A stretch of DNA of 64,000 nucleotides from Octopus vulgaris (Eukaryota), in assembly GCA_951406725.2 (NCBI GenBank), contig OX597821.1, positions 38,750,001 through 38,814,000 on the forward strand. Direction: 5' to 3'. The notes below the pieces were generated by a model that saw only the letters and a program-made list of their open reading frames with translations, was not told the DNA's origin and ran no database searches. Within the stretch, counting starts at the first letter, position 1. Each line of letters begins with the position of its first letter. A program made the position numbers and the translations under genes. This document shows, piece by piece, positions 49,793 through 64,000 of the stretch.

Positions 49793-51022
49793 TTCATTCC
49801 TCATTGTTGTGTGAAGTTTACTTTTTCTTGTGGAGTTCAGCTGCATTTTAATTTCAAAAGAGTAGTAACTAAAATTTTTAAAAAATCTTGAGGAAAATTC
49901 TTGATGATGATGACCCAATCTCATATGAGATGTGAGTATTTGATAGGTTTATTTTCTGTGAGAGGGACGTAGGACTTGGTAAATAATAAAGACTGGACAG
50001 TTTTAAATCTGGATTAGAATTGGATTGTTGCCAAAGAGATAATGGTACTAGCAGCAGCAGGTTCAATAACACTTATTGAAGCAGAATTCTATGGCTGGGG
50101 TCTCTTCTGTTATCAATCCTTAGTTGTTTTTTTCAAATAAGTAAGGACCAACACCAGGTATTTTTATTTCAATGGTTTTCGCTCAAAACTGATGAAACAC
50201 AGACTGAACTAATATCAAGTTTATGGCAGAGAGAAACAACGAAACTGATGCACAAACAGTGAATAAGTGAAGATATTCAGACACTAACAGTGTTTCACAC
50301 ACACACACATGCACGTGCACACATACCCTCTCTCTCACACACACATACAGACACACACGCGCACAGACGTTTTTGCCACTGATATAGTTATACAGCTAAT
50401 AGATATATCTATAAGCTCTGCTTTGCATATTGAGCTTGATTTCACTTGTTCATGCCACCAAACCTATATATATATATATGCATACACACTCTTTCTTACT
50501 ACATCTATATTACACATTTATATACAGGTCTACAAACAGACATGCATTTGATGTATGTGTATATATATAAAAATACAGATGTACATATTAATATATACAT
50601 ATGTATGTATGTATGTGGAAGCATCAGTGATATAGAGCAACAAGCTAATCCTATCCTAAAATGTTTAATTCATAACCATTTTCCATATTATAGCTTATGC
50701 CCTCACATTGAATTCGTCTCTGAAACGACAACAGCTCCATATTTCCATTTAATATCTAGTTTGAGTGAAGAAGCCAATCTCTGCGACAGTGGCTGTACTT
50801 CATGACTTGTGTATTAAAAACAAACCTGAATATATGGGTAATTGGATGTTGCATTTGATATTAGGAATTTACAATGACGAATGCTAATTGCCATAAAATT
50901 CAAGCATTTCCACCAGCACCGAGAATATTTAGCTGTTCAAATATTTGCTAACCGAGGGAAACTCCTAATCAATAATTGCATGTGATGAGAGTGGAATGTT
51001 TTTCTAAATATTTTTATTTATT

Positions 51023-51295
51023 TAGGTGCGAGCATGGTTGTGTGGTACAAGCCTGCTTCCTAAGCATATGGATTCATGTTCAGCCCCACTGCAGGGCACC
51101 TTGGTCATGTGTCTTCTACTATAGTCATGAACTGACCAAAAACTTGTGAGTGGATCTGGTGGATGGAAAGTGAAAGAAGCCCATCATATGTGTATGTGCG
51201 TGTGTGTGTGTGTGATTGATTTGTTAGGCTAAATATTCTTCAAGGTGTTGCCCCAGCATGGCCACAGTCTAATGACTGAAACAAGTAAAAGATAA
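51023..51295 (+). mobile_element. CORE-like SINE, short form
   Basis: ggtgcgagcatggttgtgtgg...ggcaccttggtcatgtgtcttctactatag...gactgaaacaagtaaaaga. Confidence 0.82.
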
Positions 51296-51296
51296 G

Positions 51297-52165
51297 CTAG
51301 TGGCACATAAAAGGCACCATTCGAGTGTGATCATTACCAGCATCGCCTTACTGGCACCTGTGCTGGTGGCATGTGTAAAAAGATTCAAGCGAGGTTATTG
51401 CCAGTACTGCCTGACTGGCCCCTGTGCCGGTGGCACGTAAAGAGCACCCACTACACTCTCGGAGTGGTTGGCATTAGGAAGGGCATCCAGCTGTAGAAAC
51501 TCTGCCAGGTCAAGATTGGAGCCTGGTACGGCCGTCTGGTTCGCCAGCCCTCAGTCAAAATCGTCCAACCCATGCTGGCATGGAAAGTGGACGTTAAATG
51601 ATGATGATGATGGTGATGATCTGGTTGCATCCGTCTACATTGTTGGTTCAAATCCTGCCAGTGTGGGTTCTGTGATTCATTCATCTGGAGTTAATGATGT
51701 GTCAGACACCTACATTGAAAGACGTTTACTCTACCCCAACAAATCTATCATATTGTGTTAATGTGACAAATCATTATTTCTTAAATTGTTATTGCTTCAT
51801 GGAAATCAGGATATTTGTATATGTGCTGAAGGCACGTAAAATCCATGCTGATGGCACGTAAAAAGCACCATTTGAGTGTGATCGTTACCAGCGTCACCTT
51901 GCTGGCACTTGTGCCTGTGTGCAGGTGGCACATAAAAAACAAACTTCACTTGGGCATGGCCGTTGCCAGTACCACCTGACTGGCCCTCATCCCGGTAGCA
52001 CATAAAAGCACCCACTACACTCTCGTAGGGCATCCAGCTGTAGAAACTCTGTCAGATCAAGATTGAAGCCTGGTGCTGCCATCTGGTTCACCAGTCCTCA
52101 GTCAAATCGTCCAACCCATGCTAGCATGGAAAGCAGACGTTAAACGATGATGATGATGATGATGA
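51297..52165 (+). mobile_element. Two RTE 3' UTR/tail copies (51297-51620 and ~51822-52165)
   Basis: Hairpin arrays, gggcatccagctgtagaaactctg, ccatgct(g/a)gcatgg and (GAT)n tails. Confidence 0.88.
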
Positions 52166-52737
52166 ATGATGCATCATTCCTGGCATTGATATGCATCAAT
52201 TTAGTGCAGGTCTTCTTTGTTTGACTTTGATAAAAGCAGAGTTAACCAGAATAAGAAGAAGGCATGACAAGAGATGATAACCATCTCAGCTAACCTATTT
52301 ATATGTTGTAAGTACCTTAATAGTCAATTGCTTCAATATTCATATTTACACATAACCACTAATTGATTATTAGTTTCACAGATTTCAGGAAAGTGAGTCT
52401 TTGAGCTGTAGCTATAATTGATTGATCTCTGCCATCTCGTGTAACACTTATTAATTATCAGTGCTTCTCTTTATTACTGTGATCAGTTGTATTTCAGGAT
52501 GACATATATTCGCAGTTATGTAGGCTGGATTATAAACAGATGAAATATCACTTTTCTGACGGCAGATGGACACTCACTAACCTCAAATGTAGTGACCTGC
52601 AGTCACATACAGCAGTGGAAAATCTAATTAAATATTCTGTTTAATCCACCACAGCGGTCAGCATAGGCAGCGCCACTGGATGGGGAATTTCAAAAGAAAA
52701 ATATATAAAGTAATAATAATGACTGTACAAAATAACT

Positions 52738-53308
52738 CAAGTGTCTTCGAATATAGCCTCAAGCTAACCGAAACCTTGTAAGTGGAATTGGTGGACAAAA
52801 GCTGAAAGAAACCCCCCATATATGTGTATTTAAGGCAGCAAGCTGACAGAAACGTTAGCACGCCGGGCGAAATGCATTGCCATATTTCGTTTGTCGTTAC
52901 GTTCTGAGTTCAAATTCTGCCGAGGTCGACTTTGCCTTTCATCCTTTCGGGGTCGATAAATTAAGTACTAGTTACGCGCTGGGGTCGATGTAATCGACTT
53001 AATCTGTTTGTCTGTCCTTGTTTGTCCCCTTTGTGTTTAGCCCCTTGTGGGTAGCAAAGAAATATATATGTTTATTTATGTGTATTTATGACCTTTTGTC
53101 TTGACATTGCACAGTAGTTGCCTTAGAAATGGTGATGTTCCTTTCCAATGTTCCATGAAACGAAGACATGGGAAAATATCACCTTGCTTGGAAACAGGTG
53201 AGGATTGGCAACAGGAAGATCATCCACTTGCAAAGACATCTTGCTCTACAACTCCGCTTGACTTATGTATGCATGTATAGAAAAGTAAATGTTAAAATGA
53301 TGATAATG
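52738..53308 (+). mobile_element. RTE-tailed SINE with nested young Meta-like SINE (52832-53063)
   Basis: Nested copy flanked by atatatgtgtattta / atatatgtttattta. Confidence 0.8.
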
Positions 53309-54159
53309 AAAAGCATACAACTAGAGTTATTAATGGAGTTGAAATGTAATGAAATGACTTTGGGCACGTTATTACCTTTAGCACTTGTATGTCAGAGTGA
53401 ATCTGTTGAATATTTTACGAGGAGAAGGCTCAAAGTAGTGATAAGGATCTTTATACCAGAATAATCTATAGATAAATCAGATTACACCTTCATTCTACTA
53501 CATTTCACAAAGTTAATCTACTCAGACTGGATCTTATTTATTCTTTAAAATATCTCTCACCAGAAATTTCTCTATCATTTATCCAAATTGAAGAATATGA
53601 TTTAGTTTTCATAAATATTCCTTAATTTCTACAAAAATGACACTTTCAGAAATGCCAAATGCCATATGTGCCACTACAGATTCTTCTCGAATTCCATTCT
53701 TTCACTTCTTAATAGTAATGCTTTAAGTATACTTAAATTTCAACGGTTTTCTATATATTTTTATGTGATACTCGGTGAGATTTATGGAAAAGAACCAAAC
53801 AAACTCTACTTGACACAAACACAAACATTTAAAATACGCTTCAGATTGTATCTGTTACCATTACCATTAAATATATCTGCTACAAGTTTAAAAGGATTTG
53901 TCTTTGTGGTATATTGGATATTGAATAATCTTTTCAATCAACAGGGTTTCAGTGAAAACATCACCATTTTCATTATCATCATCATCATCAAATTCAGTAA
54001 TCACTACAACCTCTGTGATTCATGATTCTAAACTCTTTTTGTACAACTAGGTTATCAAAATTCTTTACATGTCAAAGCTTGAGAAAAGTGTGTAAGGATT
54101 TTAGGGTAACAAAGCATACAAATAGTGATAAAACAAATTCACATACATACGCATTTGTG

Positions 54160-55520
54160 CTCTGTGTGTGGCAGGGGGTGCGGATAGATATTTTATGATA
54201 TGGTTAGGCAGTTCTATTGAGAAGCTGGTCAGAATGAAACAGCTGATCTTCAAGCCTGAAGTCAATGCTTGTAGAAGAAACATAAGTGTGATTAATCTTG
54301 GGGAGATTGTTTTAGGATACATCAGAATTCAAGGTGAGGGTCAGAGGGAGACTAGTTTGTATGTTCTGAAATGAAGCTTATGACTTGGATTGAAGAATTT
54401 GGTGAGAGATGATAGGCCAGCTCTGGTGCTCTCTGTTTGAGAGGTTTAGAAATTGCATTGCCAAGGTTAGTAATCTTGATTGCTTGGAACAACCAGAGGT
54501 TTTCACGTATTGCATTTATGTGTATTTTATGGTGAGACTAGTAGAATGGTTAAGAAGTCTTTTGGTAGTTTTGCTGGATGTGTGTAGTGTGAGATGGATA
54601 CAAATGATAGTTTTCCTGGCTGAGGAATGGTGAAGTGGAGGATTTTACAAAATTAGTAGAAATCCTTTTGACAAAAGAGGGAGGCATGTAGCTTGTCTTT
54701 TAGTCTTTCATGAGTTAATAGTAGTTGGTAAAACTACCACGTTGGTAGAATTATAGACAACCTTCTTCACTGGAGTTGCTGTGGCATATCTGCTAGAGTC
54801 AGCTGATTTGGAGTGATGGCGCTTTTGTACAGAATGCAAAGAAACTGTTACACAAGTTTTGGTTATCTTCTAAACTTTGCTGCCAGGGATAGCATATCCT
54901 GATACAACTGCAACCAGCTTGAAAGATCAGTGGGTGCAGGGTGATGGTGCAAGGGTTGCTTAGTAGATGGATATTTGGTGAGTTATTATGATTAAGAATG
55001 GTCGAATAATCCAAAAGGGATAAAGAAAGAGGGATTTGGCAAAAACTGGGGTTAGACTTGAGAAAGAGAAAAAGGGTCTATGAGTGTTAACATGAGAGAA
55101 TCAAGGATGTGTATATGTCCAGTAAATAATATTGTCTGTGATTATGAAGATGAGGGCTGAGAAGAGTGGAGTACATTGAATTAATTAATGACAATTATTT
55201 GAGAAAGTGAGGTAAAGTGAAATCGGTGTTTTTGATAAAATATGTGAGGTAGTTAAAGGATGGTTGATGGCTGGAGGAGTTCAGAGAATGTTAGTCTGTA
55301 TTTTGAGATGAAGAAGGGTGAATGTGCCCATGGCTGATGATATCCAGGGGTGAAATGTTTGAAAGTGGAATCTACTTAATCACAGACAGGAAGTTTGAGT
55401 ATAGCATGTAGCATGGACTGCAGAGATGGACAATGGTAAGTGGCACTTGGTGTATGTCTTAGATGCAAACAGGATGTGTGATTCCTGTAGAATAGGCTCC
55501 AGATTGTACTGGAATCTGTG
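54160..55520 (-). mobile_element. Possible very old LINE remnant (CR1/L2-like endonuclease region)
   Basis: Strong strand skew (G-rich plus strand) and only faint motifs (HILD near 55100-55115); not firmly assignable. Confidence 0.3.
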
Positions 55521-56227
55521 AGTCTTTGGGAAAAGCATTCACACAAGTATGTGTCTATGTTCAATATTTATTTCTATTTTTGTTTTATCAGAATAAGAGA
55601 TGGTTATTCAACAAACTGCAAAGCTTTTCTGGCTGACCAAATAAAAGTTTATGAAAATTATAGTTTGGAATTCTTCAATGATTTGCATAGTTTGACAGTC
55701 AGATTCTCAGACAGCTACTAATGATATTGGTTGTCACACTCGAATGAATTTCCTGTATCTCTATCCTTTTTGTGCATCAGATATTTGGTAGCGATTTCCT
55801 GCTTTTCAATTTCAAAGCTTACTAATCAATGCAAATGATAACCATTCAGGATGGACGACACTACTTACCTATGTTAATTTCAATTTACCACAGATTTACA
55901 GCAATCTTCAAATAACCAAATTGATAACAATTAAGTAGAATCACTCCTGATGATCACTCACCTATAATGGAGCTTCAATGTGACTATCTGGCCTGCTAGA
56001 AATAACTGTCAAATCTATTTGAAATCACACATACACACAAACTTTCTTGTGGATAATATGGTTCTTAAACTGTTTGAAATAAAGATGAGATGATTATGAG
56101 TAAAACATCTTTCATTATATTTTTCAGAGACTGTTCTGGAGTTAAATAACATCTAAATGTTAATATAAAACAAATAATATATTTTATATATATACTTATT
56201 TACACACACACACACACATGCACATTA

Positions 56228-56515
56228 TCATCATCATCATCATCATCATCATCGTTTAGCGTCCGCTTTCCATGCTAGCATGGGTTGGACGGTTCAACTG
56301 GGGTCTGGGAAGCCAGAAGGCTGCACCAGGCCCAGTCTGATCTGGCAATGTTTCTACAGTTGGATGCCCTTCCTAACGCCAACCACTCCGTGAGTGTAGT
56401 GGGTGCTTTTTATGTGCCACCAGCACAGGTGCCAGACGAGTCTGGCAAATGGCCATGATCGGATGGTGCTTTTTACGTGCCACTGGCACGGGAGCCAGGC
56501 GAGGCTGGCAACTGC
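56228..56515 (-). mobile_element. RTE 3' tail
   Basis: (CAT)n, gtccgctttccatgctagcatggg, hairpin repeats. Confidence 0.88.
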
Positions 56516-56616
56516 CATATATATGCACACATACACACCCGCATATATATATAGAGAGAGAGAGGAGAGAGGGGTGTGTGTATCTGTGTGTTTATAGTTA
56601 TATTTGAATGTAAACC

Positions 56617-56750
<134 letters not shown>

Positions 56751-57147
56751 ACCCATGCCAATACAGACATCGGACATTAAATTATGATGATGATGATGAT
56801 GATAATGTTGATCTTATGTGTGTATATATATATATATACATGTATATATAGATATATGTTCGTTTATTGTTATAGCTTTGGAGATTAGTGATGTTTTTGC
56901 TTGAGTGTATGCTGTGTTTACCTCTCTCACAAAAAGGCAAAAGAAATATTGAGGAGAGGCAGCAGTCGATGAGAAAGGGAAGGAAGTGCGACAAGTTTTT
57001 TGCTTTGTTTGAATGTTGCTTCTGTCTATTCAGCCATTCCTGGCTGCTTGCTTCATTTCACTTTACAGTGTATCACCTTACTGAATATTATACACACGCA
57101 TGCATATATAGACAGATTGATATTCGGAAAAACACACACATGTACAC

Positions 57148-57780
57148 AAGTGCAAGCGTAGCAGTGTGGCAAGAATTTAGCTTCCGTATGGTTTGGGATT
57201 TAGATCCACGGCATGGATTTTCAAGTGTTTTCTACTATAATTGACCAAAGCCCAATGAGTGGCTTTGGTTGATAGAAACTAAAGGCGGCGATCTGGCAGA
57301 ATCCTTAGCACACCGGGTGAAATGCTTAGCAGTATTTCGTCTGCTGCTATGTTTTGAGTTCAAATTCCGCCGAGGTTGACTTTGCCTTTCATCCTTTCAG
57401 GGTCGATTAAATAAGTACCAGTTACACACTGGTGTCGATGTAACCAACTTAATCCGTTTATCTGTCCTTGTTTGTCTACTCTGTGTGTAGCTTCTTGTGG
57501 GTAGTAAAGAAATAGGAAACTAAAGAAAGCCTGGCATACATGTGTGTGTGTTATTGTTTTCTTTTCTTTACTTCACAAAATAATTATGAACAAGGGCTAC
57601 CTCATGCAAGAGGTGTCTTTTATTTCTTATTTTCTCGGAAAACCTGATTTGTCAGGGAGAAATATTACCTTACTGAAAAACAGGTGAAGTTGGTGACAGG
57701 AAGGGCACCCAGCCATAGAAAAATCTGTCTCAGCAAATTCCTTTTAACCCGTGCAAACATAGGTAAGTGGATATTAAAGC
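57148..57780 (+). mobile_element. RTE-tailed SINE with nested Meta-like SINE (57281-57514)
   Basis: Nested copy flanked by gaaactaaag on both sides. Confidence 0.8.
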
Positions 57781-58145
57781 AATAATAATAATGAAATTAT
57801 TGTATACAGTGCTCAGGTGCACCACACCTTGTCAAAAGTGTGTATAAAGCATATGCAGTAATGTACAAATGCCTGGGAAGTGAACAGTGTATGAGTCAGA
57901 TACATGCTTGCGTGTGTATGAAGGGGAGAAAAACAGGTGTACTTTTTGGCGAATCTCAGGAAGCACGGAAGTTTTGAAGGATGCAGTGCTCCGACAACTA
58001 ACAACTGATGCCAGCAGTTTGTTCCATGCTTCAGCAACTCTTAGCATGAAAAAATGTTTCTGAAAGTCATGGGAGCTGTGCTGTTTTCTGACTTTGTAAA
58101 CATGTCCATGGGTGTTAGACAGGTGGAGTTTGAAAAGGTGCTCAT
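57781..58145 (-). mobile_element. CR1-clade LINE 3' end, second copy
   Basis: Near-identical to 49410-49792 (ORF 57832..58161). Confidence 0.9.
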
Positions 58146-59078
58146 GATATAAAATCCCCACAGACGGTTCTTAAATTGGCAAAAAGAGCACACACAGTGT
58201 GACAGAATGGATTCACATTGAATACAAAATGTAAATTAAGCACCAAATTTTAGCCAGGCAAATTTATCAGATGGTTTCATGCAAAATCAGACTTTCCCTA
58301 AAACCAAAAAGCCATCCGACGTGACTGACTGAAACAATATACTGGCTGAACTCTTTTGCACTGAAGGCTTAAATATTATATCATGTCAGGTGGAAAGGCG
58401 AGGGTAAAATCCAACTGCTTGGCTTTTGGTAAGCCAGAGCAAAATTTGAGCAAAGGATGTCATAAATGAAGGATTTCAGAGTTATATCCCTTTAGCTGAA
58501 AAAAAGCTTTATAACAGGCCATGTAGAAAGGGATGGTTATGCAGATATATTACATATAGACATGTATATATGGGAGCACGGGAGAGGGTGACAGGGAAAT
58601 TGCAAGAGAAGGAGATGAGGATGTAACAAAAAGGAAAAAGAGAGTTGGTGTATAGAGATAGAATGGGGAGTGTGATATAAAGCAAAGAATGGAAGGACTG
58701 ATCAAATAAGAAGGGTGTAAAAATCATATTGAAGCAAACACCAGTCCCTGTTGGTTGGTAGAACTTGACCAGTTCCTTAGAACATATTGATGTTCATGGA
58801 AGAATAAAACTTCTGTTTTGAGGTTCAGAAAGATCTCTTGATGAAGCGAGTTCTTCAGACTCTAAGCAGAGCCTCAACTTCCTGCTGATGTTAAAATAAT
58901 ACCAGCATTTTAAAATTGACCAATAGTTGATCACATGTATCATGGTCAGGTCTCCTGCCAGAGAGTGAAAGTGTCTCCATTAAGTTATTCGGTTCACACA
59001 CCATCATCCTCTCTAAACATCAAGACTTGTGTAGGTAAGGCCTTTTCAAGATTAATAAATAAGCCATGAAGGCTTATG

Positions 59079-59300
59079 AAGGTGACGAGCTGGCAGAAAC
59101 GTTAGCACGCTGGGCGAAATGATTAGTGATATTTCGTCTGCCGCTACGTTCTGAGTTCAAATTCCGCCGAGGTCGACTTTGTCTTTTATCCTTTCGAGGT
59201 CGATTAAATAAGCACCAGTTACACACTGGGGTAAATATAATCGACTTAATCCGTTTGTTTGTCCCCTCTGTGTTTAGCGCCTTGTGGGAAATAAAGAAAT
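59079..59300 (+). mobile_element. SINE, Meta-domain-like family
   Basis: Consensus match; aagattaataaataag duplicated on both sides. Confidence 0.88.
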
Positions 59301-59323
59301 AAGATTAATAAATAAGTATTTAA

Positions 59324-59358
<35 letters not shown>

Positions 59359-59519
59359 GAGAAAACTATTCCATAAACATATGTTGACAGCCTCTTTTAC
59401 CTGCTCTTCAAACACTTAATGAACCTTAGCTAAAAGACCCAACCATGGCACAGAGGCAAGATGCTCATCTAAAGGTGCTGCACATGTCTACCTGATAACC
59501 AATGTAATAGAGGAGCCAT

Positions 59520-60288
59520 TGTACATGAAGACGAGATTGTATCCAAGGGTCCCAGTGAGATGGTGCAAGTGCAGTGATGTGTTGGAGCAATGAAAGGCAC
59601 CTGAAGACCTGACTGACCAACCACAGGTCGTCCTTCAACATTCAGTCAAGATCATATAAACAGATAGATTGATATGTTTATATCAGTGGGTATAGGTTCA
59701 GGAACAGGTGGTGCAAGGGGAGGGGGTAAGAGCACCTCCTAAAATTTTGGGGGTCAATGAAAATCCTCTTAACATCCTTGGTAGGACTTGGGTTAGCAAC
59801 CCCGCTAAACAGATTTTGTTCCTGCACTTATGTCAGTGGGGCTGGTAAAAACTATTCTAAGTAGAGATTTCAAACTTGAAATCTTCAAAGCCACAGTCAA
59901 ACCAATTCTACTATATGGCTCAGAAACCTGGACGTTATCAAACAAGCTTGAGAGGCAGTTGGATGGAACTCACACTCTCTTGTGGAAGCGTCATCCAGCC
60001 AAAGTACAAATATATGGGAAATTACCACCTGTATCATCTCTTGTGAAAGGTAGAAGAGTCCAGTTTGCTGGAAATTGTTGTAGAGCTAAAAACGAGGTAA
60101 TTTCTACTCTTCTTCTCTGGAAGCCATCTGCTCGCGATACCAGAGGGCGCACACTCTCCTCCCCTGATGTAATCTTCAGGGATACAGGCATCCAGCAACA
60201 GGACCTCCGTAATGCTATGATGGACCGTGAAGTCTGGCGTAACATAGTAAATTCCATTGTCTCGACCATGGTCGAACAATGGTGATGA
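59520..60288 (+). mobile_element. RTE C-terminal fragment with a GC-richer putative 5' leader (internally deleted element)
   Basis: ORF 59830..60285 KLEIFKATVKPILLYGSETWTLS...RRVQFAGNCCR...LLLWKP...MMDREVWR with tail tgatga; the leader assignment for 59520-59850 is inference. Confidence 0.8.
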
Positions 60289-60980
60289 TTCCAATAGAAA
60301 TACTGATGTCTGAGTTTATATCCTGTCTGAATATTGGAAGCTTGTGAAATAACTCACAAAGTACTACAACTGAAATAATTGATAAAAGCCCTTGATTGTA
60401 TTGCCCCAGTATGGCCACAACCCATTGACTGAAATCTTTAAAAGAAGAATAAAGGGAAAATATATATTCTAAGAGTTTTACAATATTATCTTACAAGTCA
60501 AATGTTCAACTGTTTGTATCCCAGAACCACTGAGATCTTAACCGAGTTGCTTACAACACAAGCAAATTACTTAAGTCTCAGGAGCCTAAAGTTTTGTCGT
60601 TGCAGTATCACATTATGGTGCATCCAATGCGATTGCCAGAAATAACTCTGTAATGCACCAGAATTTGGTTGACTTTTTTTTTTAATAGTAATCTAAAATC
60701 CTACTTTAATTCAGATAAAGAAAATCTACCAGAAATTCTTAGATGCATTCATTATGGTAAATTATGGCAATTAAGTATCTGATTAATGATTTAAGTGCTT
60801 GTAAACAGCTGAATACAAATATTATATTGTAAAAACAGAATCTCTTCTGATGACTTCTTAGGTTTAATACTAATTTCTGAAGTGTTGCACAGAGGAAACA
60901 CAAATCTTCACCTGAAAAATGCCTTGACATAGAAAGGTTTAAATCCAGTTTGTAAGTCACTGAAACACAAGACAATTTTT

Positions 60981-61320
60981 AGCAGCAGCAGCAGCAGCAG
61001 CATGGGTTGGACAGTTCGACCAGAGTCTGGGAAGCCAGGAGACTGCACCAGGCTCCAGTCTGATCTGGCAGTGTTTCTACAGCTGGGTGCCCTTCCTAAC
61101 GCCAACCACTCCGTGAGTGTAGTGGGTGCTTTTTACGTGCCATCGGCACAGGTGCCAGGGGAGGATGGAAACGGCCATGATTGGTTGGTGCTTTTTACAT
61201 GTCACCGGCACAGAAGCCAGTCAAGGCGGCACTGGCATCGGCCACGTATGGGTGGTGCTTTTTATGTGCCACCGGCACAGGTATCACAACTACAATTTCC
61301 ATTTGATTTTTTGATGTCAT
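60981..61320 (-). mobile_element. RTE 3' UTR fragment; extreme tail replaced by (AGC)7
   Basis: catgggttggac...ctacagctgggtgcccttcctaacgccaaccactccg and three hairpin units. Confidence 0.85.
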
Positions 61321-62053
61321 CACAACTAATTGTAGTGGTGTGCACCTTTCTAGTGTACCTGTGTACAACAATGTATATTTTGCAGTAATAGGTAAATCTT
61401 AATCACAATACAGTGCTGAGTTTCTATCTGGGAATTCTAAACCCCTTAGATGGTTGTCAGTATCTCCTCAATCCTGTTTACATTAAATAATTATAGTGAC
61501 AATGTTTAAAAGATTCATTGAATATATAATAGATTTAAGAATCTTACTTTACTTGATAACAAGAATCATAATTATAAAATTAGATACATTACTTCACATT
61601 ATATTCATCAAATTTAGATCATTAAAGCTAAAATCAGTATCAGATGTTACCATACATTCTAAAGAAGCACTATTATTTCTTCAGAAATGTATCATTTCAT
61701 TTAATACGGCTTCCATTGAATGAATCGACTGCATTCTTGCTATTGGCATAATTTTGTGTCTCTATCCATTGTCAATGAAAAACTCTCTTGATATCTAATT
61801 GAAAAGGTGCCAAATGGCTGTGTATAAAAGCAATTCCATTCTTAATTTATGCAAGCTGCCCATGCTTTGTTTTAGAATCTACCACAAGACAGAAAACAAA
61901 AGACTGACTATTTAGGAGAGACTGTAAATAATGATTCTCCACATCTGGTTTTTATAGAGCGACAGAAAACTTTCATTATCCACCCACACCTCCTCCTCTC
62001 CCCCCTCCTCATTGTTGTCTTTGCTGCCATCACCATCACCTTCTTACTTCATT

Positions 62054-62090
<37 letters not shown>

Positions 62091-62322
62091 ATGTTTCTTA
62101 TCATTGTAATTATTGTCTTACAACTTTTTTTACTCAACTGGCACGCATCAAGGTTCCATACTAAATAATTGTAAATTTACATAATTTTTTACCCTCAAAT
62201 GGTCAAGAGTAGGGGTATGGATTTAATGGGGTGAGTGTAGCCGTGTAAATTAACTTGACTATAAAGTCATTGTAGGCCATTATACATATGTGTGTGTGTA
62301 TTTGTAATCCATATTTATGTGT

Positions 62323-62358
<36 letters not shown>

Positions 62359-63368
62359 ATGTGTATGTGCATATCTATGTGTATATATATGCACAAAGTC
62401 CAAGTGATTATCACATTCTCTGTAAATTGTCAAGACGCTCTATTTTATATCCATAACTTTAATTATCCTAATTAAAATTTCTATCCAATTATTTATTTAT
62501 TCACTTCATTTCCTGCATGCAGCTCACTTTTAATATATCTCTGTTACTTTTCTTGGTCTACAACTTACTATCTACTCATTGATGAAAATTGCCCTGGACC
62601 TAACTGATTCTCCAGATCTGAATGGTCAAATCTGGAATGCGTTTGATCATGGGTCAACTCAGTCAGGGTTTACTTAAGACCAAACAACACCAAAAACAAT
62701 GCCAGGAGGTGTTGTGAGATGAGTGACCACATGTAAAATGTGATATTGGTGAACTGATACATACCCATGTTCCCTCAACTGGTTGTTTAGTTTGGTGCTA
62801 ACCGACTCGGCTATGGCTATTTGCATTGTCATATTATGTCATATACCAAATAAATGTCAAATCTACAGATATGGTTAAAGTTAGATGTGATATATCTATG
62901 AATCTCATTGGTCTGGTATGAGAAACTGTCAGTAATAGTCTGAAAAAGAAAACAAGGAAAAAAGTTGAAGAGTAAAAACCTGGCAAGAGATGTGTCGTTT
63001 TGAATTTATGTTATTGTTAATGGTGAGACTTCATAAATATAAAACATGTTAAAGGTGGGGAATATGTGATGTATGGGATGCGAGAAGAAATATGTTCAGG
63101 AAAGAAACATATTTTTTTTTCCTCTCCTCATATATATTTAAATTTCCCTGAAGCTGTTTGCTGAATACTTTAGTCTGTCGCTTTCTATTTTGTTCAACTT
63201 TCAAACTCTTAATGTAATCATCTTTCTATATAACTTTATCTTTCCTGAACTCACTATCTAATATCCTATTTATCTACCCAACTTTATTTTCAGCAAATAT
63301 AAACCTTCAATAAATTGAAGAAATATTAATCCCATTAAGCATTCCATACCATAAATCATCCAGAGACT

Positions 63369-63494
<126 letters not shown>

Positions 63495-64000
63495 ATGCCA
63501 CAAACTCATTCCAAAGAGTAATAAAATAAGCAATAATTTGAATTTTTAATGTGGTTTGAACTGTTTTGATCTATGAGGCTACTAAGCATTAATGTTATAA
63601 TTCTGTTTGAAACAGGATATCAATTTCTCTGAAAATTTTGACCAGCATTCAAAAAGACATTCTGTTTGAAAACATTTAGAAATTGTATCTAATATTCAAT
63701 GTAAATTACACCTAAAATTTCTTTCAGAATGAAAATTTCTCCCTCTTGAAAGAATGCCATCAGAATTGATGTACATACATTCAACAATAAACATGCTTAA
63801 TCCAAGAACATAATTATTTATTTTTAAGATTAACAACCACTTTGTATTCAGTTATGAGTTGGATGATCCTTTAAAATCATAATTTCTTTCGTTAGCAGGA
63901 CATTGAAAATAATAGATCCAAATAGACTTTCTAAAAACCATTTAATTCTTCATTTTGGCAAATAAAACAATGATAATTATGTTTAATATACTATCAAAGT

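Noticed and set aside
52498-52644. Plus-strand 48-aa frame after gtatttcag (DDIYSQLCRLDYKQ...)
   Set aside because: No recognisable homology or partner exons; the length is within chance expectation.
55863-55905. Strong minus-strand donor ag|gtaagt
   Set aside because: The upstream segment has stops in all three frames.

Overview
AT-rich, repeat-dense eukaryotic DNA. The SINE and LINE repertoire is what I recall from octopus (coleoid cephalopod) genomes; this is recognition from memory, not a search. Most of the window is intronic or intergenic: decayed non-LTR retrotransposons of several clades (RTE, R4/Dong, Hero-like, CR1), three or more tRNA-derived SINE families (many with 10-17 bp target-site duplications, several nested), a non-autonomous Helitron, foldback elements and long microsatellites. 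One credible host exon was found, a minus-strand terminal exon at 33353-33541 with an unidentified product. The main signal the ORF track misses is RNA structure. Seven type I hammerhead ribozyme motifs (intact to decayed) and one probable remnant sit in short islands, mostly bounded by TA tracts, as expected for Penelope-like pLTR/retrozyme-type elements. They include a divergent inverted pair (2499-2823) and a same-strand pair 367 nt apart (8633, 9000). There is also a decayed HDV-like fold in the putative 5' leader of an internally deleted RTE. No tRNA, rRNA or CRISPR locus is supported. Boundaries of decayed elements are approximate.
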